The position numbers and the translations under genes are program-made. This document shows positions 62,001 through 64,000 of a stretch of 64,000 nucleotides of DNA, piece by piece. Position 1 is the stretch's first letter. Each line of letters begins with the position of its first letter. Source of the DNA: Raja brachyura (Eukaryota); NCBI GenBank assembly GCA_963514005.1, contig OY740797.1, forward strand, positions 24,676,001 to 24,740,000. Reading direction: 5' to 3'. Under the pieces are notes generated by a model. The model had not been told where the DNA came from. It searched no databases and saw nothing but the letters and a program-made list of their open reading frames with translations.

Positions 62001-63031
62001 ATGCATCCACTAATAATTAAAATCTATCATAGCAGTTAGATCTATCTGGCAGTTTAATTTCGTTCATTGAGTTTCATTGTGTTTCACATGAAATGAAAGT
62101 CAGCAGGAAAATCTGTTATGTTGGCTAAGTCGACAGTGGTGCAATACAAAGGAAAGTCAAATTTAGAATGGAAATTAGTGTTTCAATGGGCCACTCCGTG
62201 ACAGTAAGAACAAAATATTGTGACCAGGTTACCATGCGCCACAGTTTGATGCATTAAACGGTGAATCAACAAGTAAGGATATTCGGTATTGGAAAATGTT
62301 TGAACTGATAAATTAGAGAAACATCAGAAAATGGTAAATAGAAAATGTTTTTCACTCGCTTGCATTTTTCGATGACACAGCAGAGAAGCTTAAAGAACGG
62401 AAAACATCCCAAGTGAGCATTTAATAAAATGCAGACAGAAGGCTTGCAAACGAGTCAGTGGCCAAATGAATAAAATATAACACATAACGGGGACCAGTAG
62501 AAGAAGCTGCCCCGTTCAATTGAACCGTAGGTAGTTGAATAATAGACACAAGAGACAACATTTACTTTCAATCCGATCAACTTTGGGAGATTATGCAGAT
62601 GAGGCCTTCAGCAACTATTTCCACGCAGGAACATTAAAAACAAATTGAATTGCCCTCGTTAGCAGTATATTTGATTTGGCTAGTCGCTAATGCATAGTCT
62701 TGTGTTTAGCCAATGATCACTGCACAACGCAGAGCAGCGAAAAATGAATCAATTTGTTCTTTCCCAGAAGGAAATATATTAATATAATAACATTTTTCAT
62801 ATTAGTAAAGGCATTTGGTATTTTGCTAACATTTACAATGTCCGTTACTGGCGGCAGTGGTGTATTTTTGGAAATATGTTGATGGTGTAATAATTATAAT
62901 AACTTGCTGATAACTTTCAGACAATGCAATCCGAATGTGATCCAAAGTTAACATATACTACTCTAAACATCGCTCGTCTAGAGACATCTATTAAATCCAG
63001 ATACGTTGAAGAAGACATGATATATGCCCAG
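47009..63031 (+). CDS. IgSF receptor gene: leader, VJ-type V domain, C1 domain, TM and ITIM-type tail (NCR3/SIRP-like architecture); 7 coding exons, 344 codons in the window, 3' end probably outside it
   Basis: Exons 47009-47060, 47239-47550, 49852-50154, 56888-56986, 57636-57679, 58608-58718 and 62921-63031 all have GT-AG boundaries. They join in one frame (intron phases 1,1,1,1,0,0) with no stop. Confidence 0.88.
47239..47550 (+). CDS. Exon 2: VJ-type Ig V-set domain
   Basis: Acceptor tttcccgacag and donor G|gtgagt. The protein has VTQ, B-strand LYC, C-strand VHWWR, F-strand DAGLYFC and a J-like G-strand FNGTGTKLVV. Confidence 0.95.
47781..48183. repeat. Tandem duplication (period 217 bp) in intron 2
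   Basis: The block aacctttcgcgtatattttaga...gtactgatcaaggagatta starts at both 47781 and 47998. Confidence 0.9.
48786..48914 (+). mobile_element. Short Penelope-terminus-like retroposon with hammerhead-like core
   Basis: ctgaagaagggtctcgacccgaaacgtc at 48790-48817, with an 11-bp TSD attgttacatt at 48775-48785 and 48915-48925. Confidence 0.75.
49852..50154 (+). CDS. Exon 3: Ig C1-set domain
   Basis: Acceptor ttattttccag and donor G|gtaaga. The C1 signatures are LVCKTATFFPLDLNITWYKNG and YTCQVSHISL. Confidence 0.95.
50636..50855. mobile_element. Palindromic Penelope-terminus-like retroposon
   Basis: Inverted arms of ~90 bp, with a 21-bp TSD atgcatttggggaggcgtgga at 50615-50635 and 50856-50876. 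Confidence 0.8.
51378..52800 (+). mobile_element. Internally deleted CR1 LINE in intron 3
   Basis: Same family as 26843-31411 (EGKLAKNIKEDSKSFFRYVKR). Near 52148 it jumps from the FTKEDT region straight to MLAFITRG, so the RT core is missing. The tail is ctattgtctattgtct. Confidence 0.88.
54037..54370 (+). mobile_element. V-SINE-like SINE
   Basis: Head ggcagcactgtggcgctgctggtggagg...gggttcaatcc and tail aaactaaac. Confidence 0.65.
55208..55418. mobile_element. Palindromic Penelope-terminus-like retroposon
   Basis: Near-perfect inverted arms agatagacac...gacgtttcgg and ccgaaacgtc...gtgtctatct. Confidence 0.8.
56888..56986 (+). CDS. Exon 4: stalk and transmembrane segment
   Basis: Acceptor ttgtttacag and donor G|gtaaga. 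It encodes (V)SLPDNPFHNWIFGCAGAGLIPLIIIIFIVKRK, a hydrophobic helix followed by a basic stop-transfer. Confidence 0.88.
57043..57225 (-). mobile_element. V-SINE-like SINE 3' fragment in intron 4
   Basis: Matches the 3' half of the copies at 6752 and 22855. Confidence 0.65.
57636..57679 (+). CDS. Exon 5: juxtamembrane cytoplasmic exon (G)TCRTSKGRAEHTTK
   Basis: Acceptor cctcactgtag and donor AAG|gtaaga. The 44-nt length converts phase 1 to phase 0, as exon 6 requires. Confidence 0.72.
58608..58718 (+). CDS. Exon 6: cytoplasmic tyrosine-motif exon TKHWEPNEGIVYSTFLIADAKRSAEDKYAEPSTIYAQ
   Basis: Acceptor ctttttttttag and donor CAG|gtatga. It is 111 nt, phase 0-0, and carries an ITIM-like IVYSTF and a terminal TIYAQ. 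Confidence 0.82.
62921..63031 (+). CDS. Exon 7: cytoplasmic ITIM exon TMQSECDPKLTYTTLNIARLETSIKSRYVEEDMIYAQ
   Basis: Acceptor taactttcag and donor CAG|gtaagt. It is 111 nt, phase 0-0, carries the canonical ITIM LTYTTL and is paralogous to exon 6. Confidence 0.82.
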
Positions 63032-63120
63032 GTAAGTGTAATAAGAGCCAATTAATGGAACAACTATGAATCAAAGATGAATGCATGTTAACCAATTATC
63101 TTTGTAAGATGTTTGTCGTT

Positions 63121-64000
63121 ACATAGATACATAGATACATAGACAATAGGTGCAGGAGTAGGCCATTTGGTCCTTCGAGCCAGCACCACCATTCAATGTG
63201 ATCATGGCTGATCATCTACAATCAGTACCCCGTTCCTGCCTTCTCCCCATATCCCTTGATTCCGCTAGTCCAAGAGGTCTATCTAACTCTTTTTTGAATG
63301 CATCCAGTGAATCGGCCTCCATTACCTTCTGAGTCAGAAAATTCCACATATTCACAGCCCTTTGGGTGAAAAAGTTTTCTTCATCTCAGTTCTAAATGGT
63401 CTACCCCTTATTCCTAAACTGTGGCCTCTGGTTCTGGACTCTCCCAAAATCGGGAACATGTTTCCAGCATCTAGCATGTCAAATACCTTAATAATTTTGC
63501 ATGTTTCTATAAGATCCCCTCTCATCCTTCTAAATTCAAATGAGTACAAGCCCAGTCGCTCCAGTCCCTCCATCCCGGGAATTAACCTCGTGAACCGAAG
63601 CTGCACTCCCTCAATAGCAAGAATGTCCTTCATCAAATTAGGTGACCAAAACTGCACACAATACTCCAGGTGTGGTCTCACCAGGGCCCTATACAACTGC
63701 CTATTTGCTCCTATACTCAACTCCTCTCGTTATGAAGGCCAACATGCCATTAACTTTCTTCGCTGCTTGCTGTACTTGCATGCTTCAGTGACTGATGTGC
63801 AAGGACACCCAGGTCTCGGTGTACTGCCCCTTTTCCTAACCTGACAGGTTTCAGATAATAATCTGCCATCCTGTTCTTGCCACCAGTGGATAACCTCATA
63901 TTTATCCACATTATGCTGCATTGCCATGCATCTGCCCACTCACCCAACCTGTCCAAGTCACTCTGCAAACTCTTCACAGTTCACACTGCAACCGAGATGT
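63121..64000 (-). mobile_element. CR1 LINE 3' part (runs off the window)
   Basis: A (catagata)n tail and RT sequence QLYRALVRPHLEYCVQFWSPNLMKDILAIEGVQ. Confidence 0.9.

Overview
Eukaryotic, repeat-dense vertebrate DNA. The repeat families (V-SINEs, CR1, DIRS, Penelope-derived palindromes) suggest a cartilaginous fish, probably a skate or ray; this taxon call is inference. The left ~45 kb is almost entirely transposable elements: a full-length L1 with a 16-bp TSD and a single in-frame stop, a PIF/Harbinger derivative, a Helitron with two nested CR1 LINEs, two convergent DIRS (tyrosine-recombinase) retrotransposons, and many CR1, Rex1 and SINE fragments. The right ~17 kb holds one intact spliced gene on the + strand (ATG at 47009, at least 7 coding exons, 3' end probably beyond the window). 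It encodes a leader, a single-exon pre-joined VJ-type Ig domain, a C1-set Ig domain, an uncharged TM segment and a tail built from duplicated 111-nt tyrosine-motif (ITIM-type) exons. This looks like a non-rearranging, antigen-receptor-shaped inhibitory receptor and is the main finding. Short palindromic retroposons around the gene carry a minimal hammerhead-ribozyme core. Most short ORFs in the supplied track are spurious or TE-derived.
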